DNA from: Chrysomallon squamiferum
Taxonomy: Eukaryota; Animalia; Mollusca
Length of the DNA stretch: 64,000 bases
Assembly: GCA_012295275.1 (NCBI GenBank)
Contig: CM022665.1
Span: 25,110,001 to 25,174,000 of the forward strand
Direction: 5' to 3'
Of this stretch, positions 30,120 to 45,414 are shown one piece after another. Both the position numbers and the translations under genes were made by a program. Under the pieces are notes generated by a model, which was given only the letters and a program-made list of their open reading frames with translations, was not told the origin of the DNA and searched no databases. Position 1 is the stretch's first letter. Each line of letters opens with the position of its first letter.

Positions 30120-31379
30120 TCATGATGCATCGTCAGTGTAAGTCTGGATAGAATGTTCTGGGTGGGATTCTGTCTGATTCATTGACCCATAAGTCTGTGC
30201 TCCTTCCTGTTCTGTGTCTGTCTGCTTAGACTGATCCACCAGAACATTGGCAACAAATGGCTGAAAATAAATAATATTATGAAATCAGTTCAAAATAAGA
30301 TTAGTATTCTTTTATAACATCTGTTCTAAACTGTGACTGTTTCTCTGAAAATAGCAAAATGTTGAGCTTAGGTAGTCAGTGAAGAGATACACAATACTGT
30401 TTAACAGGAATGAGACAAAGATATATACAGACAGAAGTCAGACAAAGATGTTTCATTAATACTAATACCTATATTTGAATTTACTTTCTTAATAATCTTT
30501 GGCTTATGATATGAAGATATTCATTAAAAACCTTGAAAATGTTGTTATTATTTCTATTAGCCCATAAATTCAACTTCAGACAGTAATTGTTGTTTAATTA
30601 ATGTCTACCTGACTTAAAACTGGATTATAATTAAATCATAAAATATTAATTAAAAATGGCCTTGTTATCATAATTATTACCTTCTGTAATTCTCCCATAC
30701 TTTCTTCATCTTCCTCTCTAGCAAATTGCTGAAATAATAATATAATAATATGAGTAACTTAACATATATATTAATACCTATTATACACTGAATTATCATT
30801 AATACTATTTCTAAAATTAAGAAAAAAATACAAATGTGAATAGAAAAAATGACAATAGAATTGGAATAGTTATTAAAAATAATAATAAATACATAATCCA
30901 GAAAAATCAATCAACTAAATTTAAAATTTTAACTTGATAAATGAAATTTAACCAAAGCCAGTTCTATTTAGCAAATATTTATCAATTATATTGGCATCAA
31001 ATTGTAGGACTGAAAAATTATTTGGATGATTAGCCCCCTCAAAAATATGGTAAAAATAAAAATAAAACAATACCAAAACACAATAGGAAACAAAATTAAT
31101 TATTTTAAGAAAAAAGAAAAGAAGAAAGTTGCAACCTCAAATAACAACAAGTATAGAATTAAAAAAATGATTTTCAAATGACAGTGGCAAGTTTAGAAAC
31201 ACTAAGTATTGTAATATTATTTTATTTCATCTTTTCTGAACACCTGAAATTAATTAACCTGAACTATCCAGTCAAAACTAGTAATACACTCTGATGATGT
31301 TTACAGTTAATCAAGGTATTAAATCTTTTACAGAATGAAAACACCATTCAGCAACTATTCACTTAATTCCAAAAACTGG

Positions 31380-31438
<59 letters not shown>

Positions 31439-34400
31439 TCACGTGTACACACAGACAAGCACATAAACATACACATACATATATGCTCAAAAACACACAT
31501 GTACACACAAATACATAGTCACATGTACATGGACTCGCATACACACATGCACATAAATCACAAATGTGTATAGAAGCACAAATGCACACACATATACATA
31601 CACATACACAATGATATTCACACACATTATTCTACTCATTTACTGAATCCCAAACGGTTTTCATAGTTTCAGACAAGAATTAGTTTGGAATACATGGAGT
31701 ACGAACATATTTTCAAGGGATTTCAAACCAACCTGAGTTTCCTCTGGACCATCCAGTGCAGTCTGAATCCAAAGTGAAAAGCACAAAGTTAAAATAAATA
31801 TATACTTGTTTTTTGTACAAAAATGTACATAAGTGTTTCACATGGATTGGCGATACCACTGGGAATATACAACATGCATACAACTCTTTCTGTACCAGGA
31901 CCACATATTTTTTCAAAATAGGTCCCCAGGGATAGTCAGATTGCATTATAAAGTATCACGTTTAAATTAGACTAAATATTCTACTTTATAAGGATAATTT
32001 TAATAATGGAATGTCTGAGCAAAAATCTTCTTCCACTTTAACTTTTTAATTCTGCATAACTGAAAAATTAAAATTTTAGTTTTTTCCAAAGAATTTAACT
32101 ATAAATTTGACATTTACTTATTAACTGGTTAATTAGTTAATTAAACACTGGTGTATGGGTTATTTAAAAAAAAAATTAAAATAAATCAAATCAATATTTT
32201 AATTAATATCAAACATGTAAGTTGAAGAACACATACCTTCAGGTTATTAAAACCCTCACCTTGAAGATACACCCAACATTTTATTTTTTTATGAAAAATG
32301 TATCATTTATTTACTTAATAACCACAATATATTATTTATTTGTTGACTTCTGGTAAAGAAAGAGTAATGGGAATTCCATATCACTGCAACTTACCTTTAA
32401 TGGTTCTGTCCATGCAATCTATAAAGAGTTAGGCATACTGACCACCTCAAACAATACTTACACAGCATGCAGCAACAACCAGAGTTCACAAAATTCCTAG
32501 ACTTAAGGCTCTTACAAATCAATGGATATATATTAGTGATTGTTTATCTCAGGCCTGATGTGCTGCAGGATCTATCCTGCTCAGTGAGCTAACTGTGCCG
32601 TTTACCATTATAACCAGTATACCATGACTGGTGTATACCAAAGGCTTCATATGTTGGAAATCATTTGCTGCTAATCTGAAAAGCAAGCTCTTGTGTGGCT
32701 GCAGAGAGTTTTGACGTTATTCAAATATGCTAACAGTTAATATTATAAAAGTCTAAATTTCTTTTTTAAAAAGCTCAAATATTATGTCACCTGTTCATAA
32801 GTTTCAGTTTAGTGCCTTAAGTCTGGATTGTGAATGTTACCTATGCAGCTGGATAGCTAGACCACACAAAGCATTTAAGATCACTTCCAGAAAGCATTTA
32901 ACACAGAGAATACTGAGACTTGTTTTAAACAATAAAGCTTGTTGCTAACACTTGACCCAAGCCTGGGGATGTGGTATACACCATACACCACTGAACAACA
33001 ACAGATGTAATTGTTTTTGCTAGACAGAAACCACAACAAGAAATATAACAGTTACAATATAATCATCTATAACAGTCATGATTCTAATATTATCTTTTTT
33101 GCTAGCTGAAAACCCATAATATGTTTAGTTACAATATCTACATAAATGTGATTCTGAAAAACTGTTTTTGCTATATATCCCCACCAACCACCCACAAAAA
33201 AAAACCTCACAATAATAATAAAAATATTAGAAATAAAAAAGTTTAACCATCTATTGATAGAGATGATTTTGAAAAATATGATTTCTGACTATTTCTTTTA
33301 TTATTTTTTTAATTTCTTGTTGTCACATAGTATTGATTCCAATATATAACTAAAGTAAAAATTAAATAGGATAATATCTTAATTTTAGATAAATGTAGAT
33401 ATTATTCACATGCATTATCCTCTCTAAGTAAATCACAGGAAAATTTGAAAAGAAATGAAATTATAATCACAATGGGTCTGATAAACAATAAGAAATTAAA
33501 GAATAACTTCTGAAAATCCATACAGTTAATTATTTTTAGTTAATGTCATTTTAATTAACATTACAATGATTGAATAACATAAACAACTAATTCATACTTT
33601 TCATTAAATAAGTTAATAAATATATTTAAAAAAAGAATTATAAACCTTAACAAAAATAAATAATTTTATATGTGGTTGTAAAAATGTTTGAAAAATAGTT
33701 TTAGAAAGAAAAATAAGAAATCAAAATATCAACAAATTAGTCACTAATAAGCCTGTTATTTATTTGTGTTCAGACTACTGTTGTAATGTTACCTGCATAT
33801 TAAACAACTTGGCTTTCAAATACATAAATAAAATAACATTAACACAGAAAAAGAAAAAAGAAGAAGAAAGAAGATGATAAAAAAGAATGACATTTAGCTC
33901 TAATTATTTTTTAAACTGGACATCATTTTTATTATTTTGAAGATAAATATTTATTAAAAACAATATACTTATGTATAAATTAAAACAGTAACAAAAAAAA
34001 AACCACATAAAAAGTCCATCCTCAGAGCTTTCTGTCCATGTTAATGAGAAAAAAGATAACAGAGTCTATATTTGGCAATAACTGTCAGTTTTATTTCTGT
34101 CTCTACAAATGTACTGGGAACGACTGATGTTTTATAATACATTTTTATTTTTTGTATTGTTTTAGATTTTAATATAAAAAAAAAAAAAATTTCCCCTAGT
34201 ATAACAGAAAAAAGAAGAAAAAAAGAAACAGAAAAAGAAAAACAGGTTGTCAAATGACTGTTGGAAATGTTATTCCAATCTCTACAACTGTGTTAGTGAT
34301 GACTTATATCAAGTGATACTGTGGCTCTTGTTTAAAACTCACTCTGTATCTGATAGGACTGAGATGTCTGAACCATCCAAAGCTGATTCTACCCACAAAC

Positions 34401-35007
34401 ACCAGTAGAGAGATGAATAAGGCCACACAGGAGAAGAGAAACACTGGACTTGTGTAGCCTGCAAACAATTACACAATAACAAATTAATATTATAAAACCA
34501 AATTCTGTTGCAGACGAAATGCAGTGTTTCTATTTATTTAACTAAGCACAAGGGAATCACTGTTTCAGATACTGGATTGTAATAAAATGTTTTTTCAGTA
34601 TGTGGCATTTGAGTGATTTTGTTTCACTTGTGAATAAAATATATAAACTACAACCATATTCTAAAAGGTGAAGAAAATGATACTTAAATGGTTAAGTAAA
34701 TCTATGTACAAATATCTAAATATTGTCTTTGAATTTCACTTACAAAATGCTAAGAACTTTTGTTGCAATCCAATACAGTATCAGTATGTTTTTACTCAGC
34801 ATAAGGAAATCACTGTTTCAGCTACAATATTATCATGTTTCCACTATTTCAATTGTAGTAATTAATTTCACCAATGTTTCCCCCGTATTTTCAATCCAAT
34901 TCTAATAATAATGATGATGATATTGGTGATGATAATGACAATGATGATGATGATGAAGCTCAGTGCCACATTTCAGTCAGTTGAAAACAACTCACTGTTT
35001 AATTTAA

Positions 35008-35038
<31 letters not shown>

Positions 35039-35725
35039 ACTGAATATTATATATTTACCTGCTCTTAGTCCAGTGAAGAACACTATGTTGACCTGTACTA
35101 AAATGACTGCTATCACAACAAAGTTGATGGCAGATCGGTGAATGTGCTCATCTATTTTGGATGGGCTGTATGCAAAGAAGATGTTGTATCTGTCAACCAC
35201 ATGTTTCAGTGCCAGGTACACAAGACCTGATGATTAATAAAGAAAGAAAGAAAGAAAAACTAAGAAGACACATTGTTATTTAAATATGGAGAAAAATAAA
35301 TACATGCAGGTAAGGATATATACAGTCAAATACAAAAATGAACATTTAGAGGTAAGCTTATTCTTTGGTCACGATTTTACTTTATCTCATTAAATTAATA
35401 AATCAGAAAATAAATAAATAAAGAGTAATTATGAAAATTCTCATTATTTTATTATGATTAATAAGATTTATCAATACACTTATATGAAAATATTTGGTTA
35501 AATTATTCTCTTTTCTACAGACATGAAGTATGTGTTTACCAAACGGGGTAATGAGAGGGCAGATCAAGCTGTAGGCTGTAATGACAGCAAATATACACAA
35601 CATCCAGGCATACTGACATCCAAACTGGAAGTCCCACAGCACTGACTAAAATAAAAACAGATGTACACCACTGTTATATAATCTGTTAAAAAGATACACT
35701 TCAGGTTATAATGTTAATAATACAA

Positions 35726-35763
<38 letters not shown>

Positions 35764-37578
35764 ATACAACAAAATAACATAAAATCTGTAAATGAAAGTT
35801 AAAAAAACAAACCAGTAACACCAAACTATTTTGTATGTTAATATAATTTACTATATTTATACTAGCAAATTATTTTACCTGATTTTTTTATTTTCAAATA
35901 TAAAATATAATAATATCAACAAAATGTATTATACCATTAATACTTAAAATCACAGAAAGGAAAAACCATCAAATCCAGATGATAGTATTTTCAAATACTT
36001 TTCTTGAATCATTTTCTGTGATATTACTTTCACCTTATAAAATATTATTTAATGAAAATGTGCTACCTTTCTCACTGTTGATTTTTCTGCAGAAGAGCGA
36101 GCTAAAGAAAGTCGCAGGGCATACATAAAGAGCTCAGAGAAACGAATCAACTCTAAAGCTGTTCCAATGAATGCTGCTGTTGTGACGTAATTCACGAAAA
36201 AAGCACCATTGCCTGACAGAAATATGCATCTGGAAATCAAAGCATGAAATGAAACAAACTGATAAATAACATTTCACATTAACATCAGAATAATATCAGG
36301 TTCAGGTTTTAAAAAGAGAAAAAGAAATTAGGCAAAGGAGAACAGTTGCAGTCAGGAAAAGAAAACAAGAGACATAATAAAAATAAAAAATAAAAAGGAA
36401 AACAAAATAAAAATAAGGGTTTATTAATGCACTTATTTTGTTATAAACGTTCGATTTCTTTTATGCAGATAATAACATTTTATTTACATTCCCATTTTTA
36501 AAAGCTTAATTTATCAACAGATACACGATTGACATTATTTAAAGTTTTTTTAAGTGAGTCCATATGTTCATTTATAACTAGTCTCTTCATTAAATGTGAT
36601 AGAAGTTGACAACAGCCAACTGTAGTAATGGTTGATAAAAATGAAATAAAATACACAGAAGTTGTTATAATTCATGTACTGTTACTACTAAAGCAGTCAC
36701 AATAGATAAAGTCAAAAATAGTGACAATGCACTCAAGTGCTGAGAATGTGACATTAAAAATGCAGATTCTGTTATAACTCAATGTTCTGTCACTACTAAG
36801 TAGTCATTATAGAAAGAGGAAAAGTCAAAATAGTGACAGCAGCCACTCAGTGCACTTTTGAAGATTCTATTGTAATGCAAAGTTCTATCACTACTAAATG
36901 AGTCGCTACAGACGCAGGGAAAATCAAAATAATGATACTAGCCACTTACTGCACTTGAGTGATGAAAATTTGATATGAAACACAGATTTTGTTATAATTC
37001 AGTGTTCTGTCACTACTAAAGTAGTCATATAAGAACAGTAAAATTATTTAAAGTTTTAAGAGTTTAAACAACATATTTTCCTGCAATAATTAAAATAAAT
37101 TCTTCAAATGCCCATCAAAATAATATATATTTTTTTTAAACTATATATATATTTATTATAGAAATCACAGTAAATGTATTGTTAAAAAGATGACTCACTC
37201 CCACTGCACAGTTTGATTCTTGTCTATTACAGCCCACTCAAACAAAGCTTTGGCACTGAAAGTAAATTAATAACAATAATTAAGCAAAAATTAATAATTA
37301 TTTATGTCGTGTCATTAACAGTATAATTGAATAATTAAAATTAAATTAAATAAAATTAAAAAAAACCTTCACTTAGTAAAGAGATTTTGGAATCTGAATT
37401 ACAAATTAAGAAAGAATGAAAAATGCCAGAATAAAAAAGAGATGAAGTGATACATCAACACAGGAATGTGTAATTTGATTGTAATTCATTTTTTTTTTTT
37501 TTTTATTTGATTATCTTAAAACAAACCAAAATTAAGATCTTTCTTACAGTAACATTATTTACACTAATTTGGAAAATA

Positions 37579-37633
<55 letters not shown>

Positions 37634-38099
37634 CACAACACAATTTAGATAGTAATATATAAACTATGAAACATTTGGAAAATATGTTTGATTCTTTAAG
37701 AAAAAAAAGAAAAGAAAAAGAACTCTATAAAATAAAGCTGACACTTGCATATAGTTTCTTTGATAATATTTTTATTACTACTATTTATTTATAATACTGA
37801 ATGATTACAGTACACATTATTAAATAGCACACCTTGTAAGCCCAAGAGATGGTAGGATCAGGACCATCAACAGAAGAAAGATAAAAGTTTTTCTCATTAC
37901 TGCATGATGTTCTGCGGTTCTGTACAAAATAACACAGATCAGAGTATTAATATTACACTATTGTCCATAACAAAAAACAACTTAAACTATGCAGTTAAGA
38001 GAAATACTGGAAATACTATGCTATGGAAAATTACTGACTGTGGCATTTTGACAGTACTTTTATTGTCATGTATTTCCAATAGAAATAATATAACAAAAA

Positions 38100-38138
<39 letters not shown>

Positions 38139-41100
38139 ATACATAAATACATAAATACATAAATAAATAAATACATATAAAATAGTCAGTAACTAAACAC
38201 AAATGTAAAATATCTGCTACAGAAAATTACTTGAGTTGTAATTTATGTAAAAATACCAAGGAAACAATCAATTAATAACAGACTTTAAAATCTTAGTAAT
38301 GTATAATACACTGCTAAAAACACTGTTTGTCTTTCCAATAAAAAATTCAAAGCACTGAAAACAAATGAATTTATAATATTATCAGTGATAAGATATTGCT
38401 TTTACTTTAACAGCTGAATCAAATCAAAAACAAATGTAACTAAAATGTTGTTAACATGTGCTTGGAAAGAATCAGAATTGTTACTGTAATATGTAAAGCA
38501 TGGTTAGGATATTTTGGTTTTTATTTTTTTAAATTTTAATTCCTACTTTTTAAACTAAAATCTAAAATTCTGTTAATGAATGACAGCAAAATATTATAAT
38601 TACTATCACACTTAATATTTAGCAGAAATAAACCCTACTTTGTCCAGTGTCCGATGTACTGATCAGAATAGTACACAAGTGTTGGCAACAGTGTAGAAAA
38701 CAACAGCAACAACACAGTGGGGAAAAACTGCACCAGAATCGGATTCTGAAAAAGAAACAAAAAAACCCTATTAATCTATAATAGTAAATACAGTTTCAGA
38801 ATTAGAATGTAGTTCCATTAAAATCTTTTTTTTTATACTTTATTTTTCATTAATTTCCAATTTATGAACAAAAAAGAAGTTACATATTAAGAGAATATTG
38901 TAGAAAGTATAATGTAAATATTTTATTAATAGAAAAATGATTAAAATAAAGGACATGAAAATACCAGTAAATGCTAGCATACTATGGCTGAATATCATTT
39001 AGAAAAACAGAAGCTGGATTTGTTGTACACAAACTTTAGAGAATAAATACATTAATTATTTTTATTTTAAATGAATCTTAATATATAAAATAACAACAAC
39101 AACAAAAAATATATATTAAAAAACATAAAAAAATTACATGCAGATCTTCAAAGGCTTTGGTATACTGTATTTTATCAAGCTGAGAGAGGATGATGCTAGG
39201 TGTGGTCAGGAAGAACAACAGAATTATAAGCAGACCGTTAATGACAATTGCACGTAACCACCATTTCCATGGCTGTAGAGACAGATTTTCCCTGTAACAA
39301 GAAACACACAATCACTGTTTGTATCTGAACAAAGACATGTTTTATAAAGCAAAAATTGTAGCATGTACAATGATATATATATATATATATACATATGTGA
39401 TTTAAGAGATTATTTTGTAAATAACAATAATTCAGTATTAAATGCTATGTCTTTAACATTCAGTGGAAAACATTTTTGTGTGTAAAGAAAGAAATAGCAG
39501 CAGCATACAATCACTGTCAATGGCAAAAGAAAATAAAACTCTGAAAAACAACATAGAACAGTTAGAACAGAAATAATTACTAAATGATCCACTAAAACTA
39601 GCTTACAACAAGTTTGTGCAATAACCCCCTCCAAATCTTATTTTAAAAATGGCCATGTCAAATAAAATGGTGTTAATAAATTGGATCAATAACAAATTTA
39701 TTGTTAACACATTTTAAATTCAGAACAGTAAAAAAAAAAAAAGAATGCATTTCACAAAACATTAAAATCTCTAAAAAATATTCACAGCATTATCAAGTTA
39801 TCAACAAACATTTGCAGAATTTATATCTAACATTCAACAATTTTCTTTACATAGCAATATCTTTGTTCTGGTTGTTTTTGCACTTTATTTTGTTCAGATT
39901 TTTCAGAGTAAATTGTCTTAAAATTTGTAATTACCAATAAATGTTTTCTGGTGAAGGAGCAAACTTGACCTCCCAGTCTTGTACTCCAAGCTCCCAGTAC
40001 ACACTGGAATTCTGAGGATTGTGTGTTCCTTTACAGTTTGCTCGAAAGTCCATGTGAATTCTGAAATATACATTTTAGAATCATCACAAAAAATAAAATA
40101 AAACTAGTATCTATACTAATATTGTTTCTTAAAGAAAGAGTCTTTTCTTTTTTTTCACTTTCAGTTAATCTGATTGAAAATAATGAAAAAGTCTAACACT
40201 TATTCTGGCAGTTGTCTTAACACTAAGTGGTTAACAATCAGTCAGAAAAAACAGAAAAAAACCATTTAAAGGAATATTTGTCAGATGTATTAGTCTGCAA
40301 AGAGACATACATTGTTTCAGGTTGAAGAGAAACACTACTTATAAAATACAGAAATAAGAAATCAACAGAAACTAGCATAAAAATAATATATACGCACACA
40401 CACAAAAAAGAAAAGATGGAAAACATTAATATTTTAAGAATTCTCAGGTGTAAACCTGATGAAAATAATTAAAAATGAGTTGTGGCTGCTATTTATGTTA
40501 AGTATATGAACAATTTCTAAAAGGAAACAGTGAGAAATAGACTAACTTCTCTGCCATGTGGTCCTGTTGAAATGTGATGAACATAATGCCTAGAGGATCC
40601 TGATAGGCTTTCACTTTTTCATCCTCACACTTTATAGTCATTGCCCTCTCCTCCTCAGTGTAAAAGTCTATTGCATCAACCTGACAGATAGAAAAAAGAA
40701 AAAGAGAGAGACCCCAATAAAATTTTTAAAAAATAATAATAATAAAAAAAAAAAACTATCTCTAATGTATCTGAGAACAGATATTCACTGAAAATGTAAA
40801 ATTAGATGCCAACACAAAGCTGGAAAAATAAGAAGAAAACTTTAAAGTTTAATTTTTTTTTTTTTTTTTATATATATATATTTTTTTTTTTTATGTCATT
40901 ATATTTGTTATTTCATCACTGCTGTTGTTTATTTGTTTATTTTTTACTGTTTGTGTCAAAATATAATGTCAGAATAACTAAATGTTTTGGATATTAACAA
41001 AAATAATTAAAAAATATGCACACATTTTCATCTGTTTATGTTTCATCATTTCTTTTGTGTTAATACTTAAATACCCTTTTTCTTTTTATGCTTCCCTTAA

Positions 41101-41136
<36 letters not shown>

Positions 41137-44100
41137 AAAATAAAAAATTAACACTAACCGTAAAATACAAATGAAAAACAAGAACATTATAATAATGATG
41201 TAACAAAACAACCTGTGCACTGTTTTACTTAGAAAACTGAGATCTTTACCTGTGTGGATCCACACACTTCAGCACAACAACAGAGCTGACCACACGTGTG
41301 AGGTCTCATCATCGGCCGCTGACCTGTTTTCTTATACTCTGCCTCGGAATACATTTTAGCTTCAGCTGCAACACGCCTGTACAAACACAAAGCCAAATCC
41401 AGAATGTCTTATATAAAAAAATATATATAGACAAAAAGAACATTAAAAAAAGCAAAGTTCATTGGAAATTATTCCTTGAATGGATAGCAGTAGCTAGTTG
41501 TTAACCCACATTTTGTAAGTTTCCTATAATTCTAAGAGGAAAGAAAAATATTAAGTAATGAATTCATGATGCCTTTGTTGCTGGTGATGAAGAAGAATAT
41601 AGATAAAAACACAATACATATATTCAATGTATATAGAACCAGTGACATTTAACCATTATAATAATTACTCATCTAGGAATGGGTAATTTTATCTACCTAA
41701 GGTATGGCAATTCTGTCTATTTAAAAATCATGGCAAACAAGCTCAAAAGTTTATTTTTAGTTATTCCTGTGTATATAGGATAGGCTGTGATATATTCTTT
41801 CTTTATTAAAAAAAAATCATTCTATTAATCATTTAGCAAACCTCGAAGTATGTTATTCTGTAGAATTCTACTGAGAGAGCTGTGTTTAAGTAACTATAAA
41901 GTTTAGAGAGTTATTCACCTTGTCTGATCCAGTTTGATCAAATCAGATATGTTGTATGCAAACTGTATATCTACTATTACAACCTCTGGATAAGCTTCCC
42001 TGGAAAAAAAAAAATATATAATTGTACATAAGCTTTCTCAAGATCTTTTTGTTTACAGATAAGTTTCATTATAAATTAAATTAGCTGACTACAGAAAGTT
42101 GTTTATGTTCTGTAACAGGTCCAATTTGTTTTGAAGGTTTTCTTCTAACAATCAGACTCACCTGAAATGTTGTTTTAGAATACTGAGGTAACATTTGTCT
42201 TTGGCAATGTTTGAGATCATAAGTGTGCGGGAAACCTGTAAAAATAAATACAATGAATGTATTGTGTTATTCAGAACTACATAAATATGGTGAAAATACT
42301 GCATAGAAATATTCAGTAGATATTTTTCAGTTTCAAATAAACATAATATTATCATCATCATCATTAGTTACAACACATACATACACATATACTGATACAC
42401 ACATGCAAACACACACACCACATACACATATTCACACACACATACTGACAAACACACACACACACACACACACACACAGAGAAAAGGTGAAAATGAACAG
42501 ATAAATTACCTGCTCTTCGTCATCAAACTGAAGCTGAGATGAGAAATGTCGTAACATGACAACAGCAAGCAGAAGAAAAACAATAGCAAAACAAGCATGG
42601 ACCCACAGCAGCGGTGAACTGAAATAAACAATGAAAAGTTTGTTTTGTAAGTTTTACTATTAGCACATTGAGGAGACTTGATCCTGCAATCCAAGATATT
42701 TAGTTCAGTATTATTACTATTGAGTTACAGCCCTCTCAGTTATTGTTATTGTTACTGCTGTAATTGTTGCTGCTTTTTTTGTAGTTGTCCTTATTATCAT
42801 CATTGCCATTACTTTTTATAATTAATTATTATTATTATTATTATTTTGAATTATTAATTTTAAACTGTGCCATTTTGACATAGTAATCTCAATTTTAGCA
42901 CCTTACTTTACAACATTAAAAACAACCTAATCAGTTTAATGCATAAATTTTTTATTTTAAAGATTAGTAAAATAAATTCACTACAAAGTGCCTGAAATGT
43001 ATAGTAAGATATAATTTACTTAAAAGTTTACTTTTATGAAAATATACATGTACATTGACGGCAGAACAAAAAGAATCTGATACTGACTTCGAATTAATAT
43101 TTCCAATAGTTGTGTGACCAAAATCAGTTGCATTTCCAACTGGAATAAAGATAAAACAAATAGCTGTTATTCAAAAATTAATATCAGCAAAAAGTCTAGA
43201 GGCATTTTTTTTTATATACTTGCAAGTAAATGTTTTTGTTACCTCTGACTGATCTTTTTTAGTAATAATATATGACAAAATAACAAGTCAGCGAAGATAA
43301 TGTTTTATTTATTATTTATTATTTCATCCTGTAAAAAATTAATATTCTTTAAATTTTATTTTGATTCCCATTTTAAATTTAAACACTTCAATTTATTAAA
43401 AGTAATTTTCACTTAAGCCGTACTTACTGACTTTTCCCTGGAAATTCACAGGTAGAATGACAGCAACAGAGAAAATGCAGATGACAAAGAGATAAACCAA
43501 AAGATATCGCTGAAAAGACAGATACTGGATGGCATCTCTTCCACACTTGTGAAGAATATCAACATCTCTGCAAATTAATACATATACATTATTATACTGA
43601 TATACGGTTTTATGTATTTTTGACTGAGTGTATGTGTGTTCTGTGTATATTTGTGTGTATGTATGTGTAAGTTGTCTGTATGTTTGTCAGTGTATGTGAA
43701 TGTGTATGTGTCTGTATTACAACTGGTATCACAGTCTTTCTATTTAATGTATATATAAAGTATATGAACACAAATACACATGTACATACACATTACATGT
43801 ATATTCTGTATATATATTACAGAGGTGGTCATTTGTTGATGTGAATCAACATATGATAAACGTTAGATGTTTGAGAGGAACAGTATATGCAAATTCACTT
43901 TTTTATATTAACTATGATGTAAAAAGCAGAGCTGAACATATTTCAAATGTCAGAGAACCATATATGGCTTATGATCTATGGCTTCATCACCCCTTTTGGA
44001 TTATATACAGTTCTATCTGTATCTGTGCACATCTATTTATATATATATGTGTGTGTGTGTATCTTTGTGTGCTGTATGTAAAATTGTGTATGTCTGTATC

Positions 44101-44896
44101 AGTGAATTTAAGTCTATCTGTGAATTAATGTATGCATATATGTTAGCATTTATGTATGTGTATATTCATCAACATAAACCATATTTTGTAACTGCTGAGT
44201 GTGTATGTATGTACATGTATAACAGTGATTGAATGTGTTCCTGTGCAAGTTTGTTTGTATGAACATATGTGAAAATGTCTACATGTACATTCTAATACTT
44301 ACTTCACTCTAATGAATGCAATAATCCAGGACAAGAATCCTTTGTCCTGCGCGTGAATTGTTATGTCCAGTGACTCTTCTGACCCAGTTAGTGACCGCTT
44401 GTCATGTTCTCCATAAAACAGAGATGTCCATCTGTAATACCAAAACATTGTTTTAATATCTATCAGAATGAGATATGTAATAAATAATTATATTTCTATT
44501 CTTTTTATTATTCACATATTTGACTTTAATAATGAAATCATTGAAATGAAATTGTCAGTTAAACATAATAATTAGAGCAGAATTCAATTCCACTTCTAAA
44601 ATAAAGTTATTATTATTATTAATTTAGCTTTATACTACATAAGAAAATTTAAGATTTATGTATCTTTTTAATATTTATTACTCTAGTATTATTTAATTAT
44701 AATTACTGCAACACATTCATTATAGCAAAATATATAGCCATTTTATGACAAATAAAGTTATAATCACTATTGTTTATTTAACATCACTTTATATGTAACC
44801 AAAGGTAGAGTGGATGATAAAATTATTTAGGGTAAAACATGGTTCTGTGTCTATCAGATAGATGTAGCATGAAAAATTAAATGGAATTAAATAACG

Positions 44897-44928
<32 letters not shown>

Positions 44929-45373
44929 CAAAAACAAAATTGACTGATGCAATAATATTGGAAATATTATAATAGCTGCAGTATCATATTAGTATTAATT
45001 ATGATTACTTTTTTATTATTATTTTTTTTTTTCCAATAGGTAAAAAGATGTCCAATAAATCCCACCTACCTGAGATTTACCAGCATAAAAAGTGCTAAAT
45101 TATGTCTTAATAAATATGTTCAGAACAAACTCCAAAAATATATTTTACTCTTTAGATTAGTATTTTAAAAATGAGTTTTAAAAATGATTTTGGTCTTCAT
45201 GAGCAGACAATTGACAAGAAATAAAATGAATGATGATAATGAACATGTAAAAATCATGTTACCATGGATTAAAACAGTTAATGATACAATCAACTGTCTG
45301 TGTTAAGAAGAAAGAAGATTTAAAAAAATATATATTTTCTCTTCTCTTTGTTAATAAATAATAAATGTCAAAG

Positions 45374-45414
<41 letters not shown>

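Noticed and set aside
32237-32259. 23-nt exon-like stretch with an AG|gtatgt donor
   Set aside because: It contains an in-frame stop and has a weak acceptor; no support.
33793-33812. Further TMEM63 microexon candidate (15 or 20 nt ending CAG|gtaaca)
   Set aside because: The acceptors are weak AAG with no pyrimidine tract, and the 20-nt form shifts the frame.
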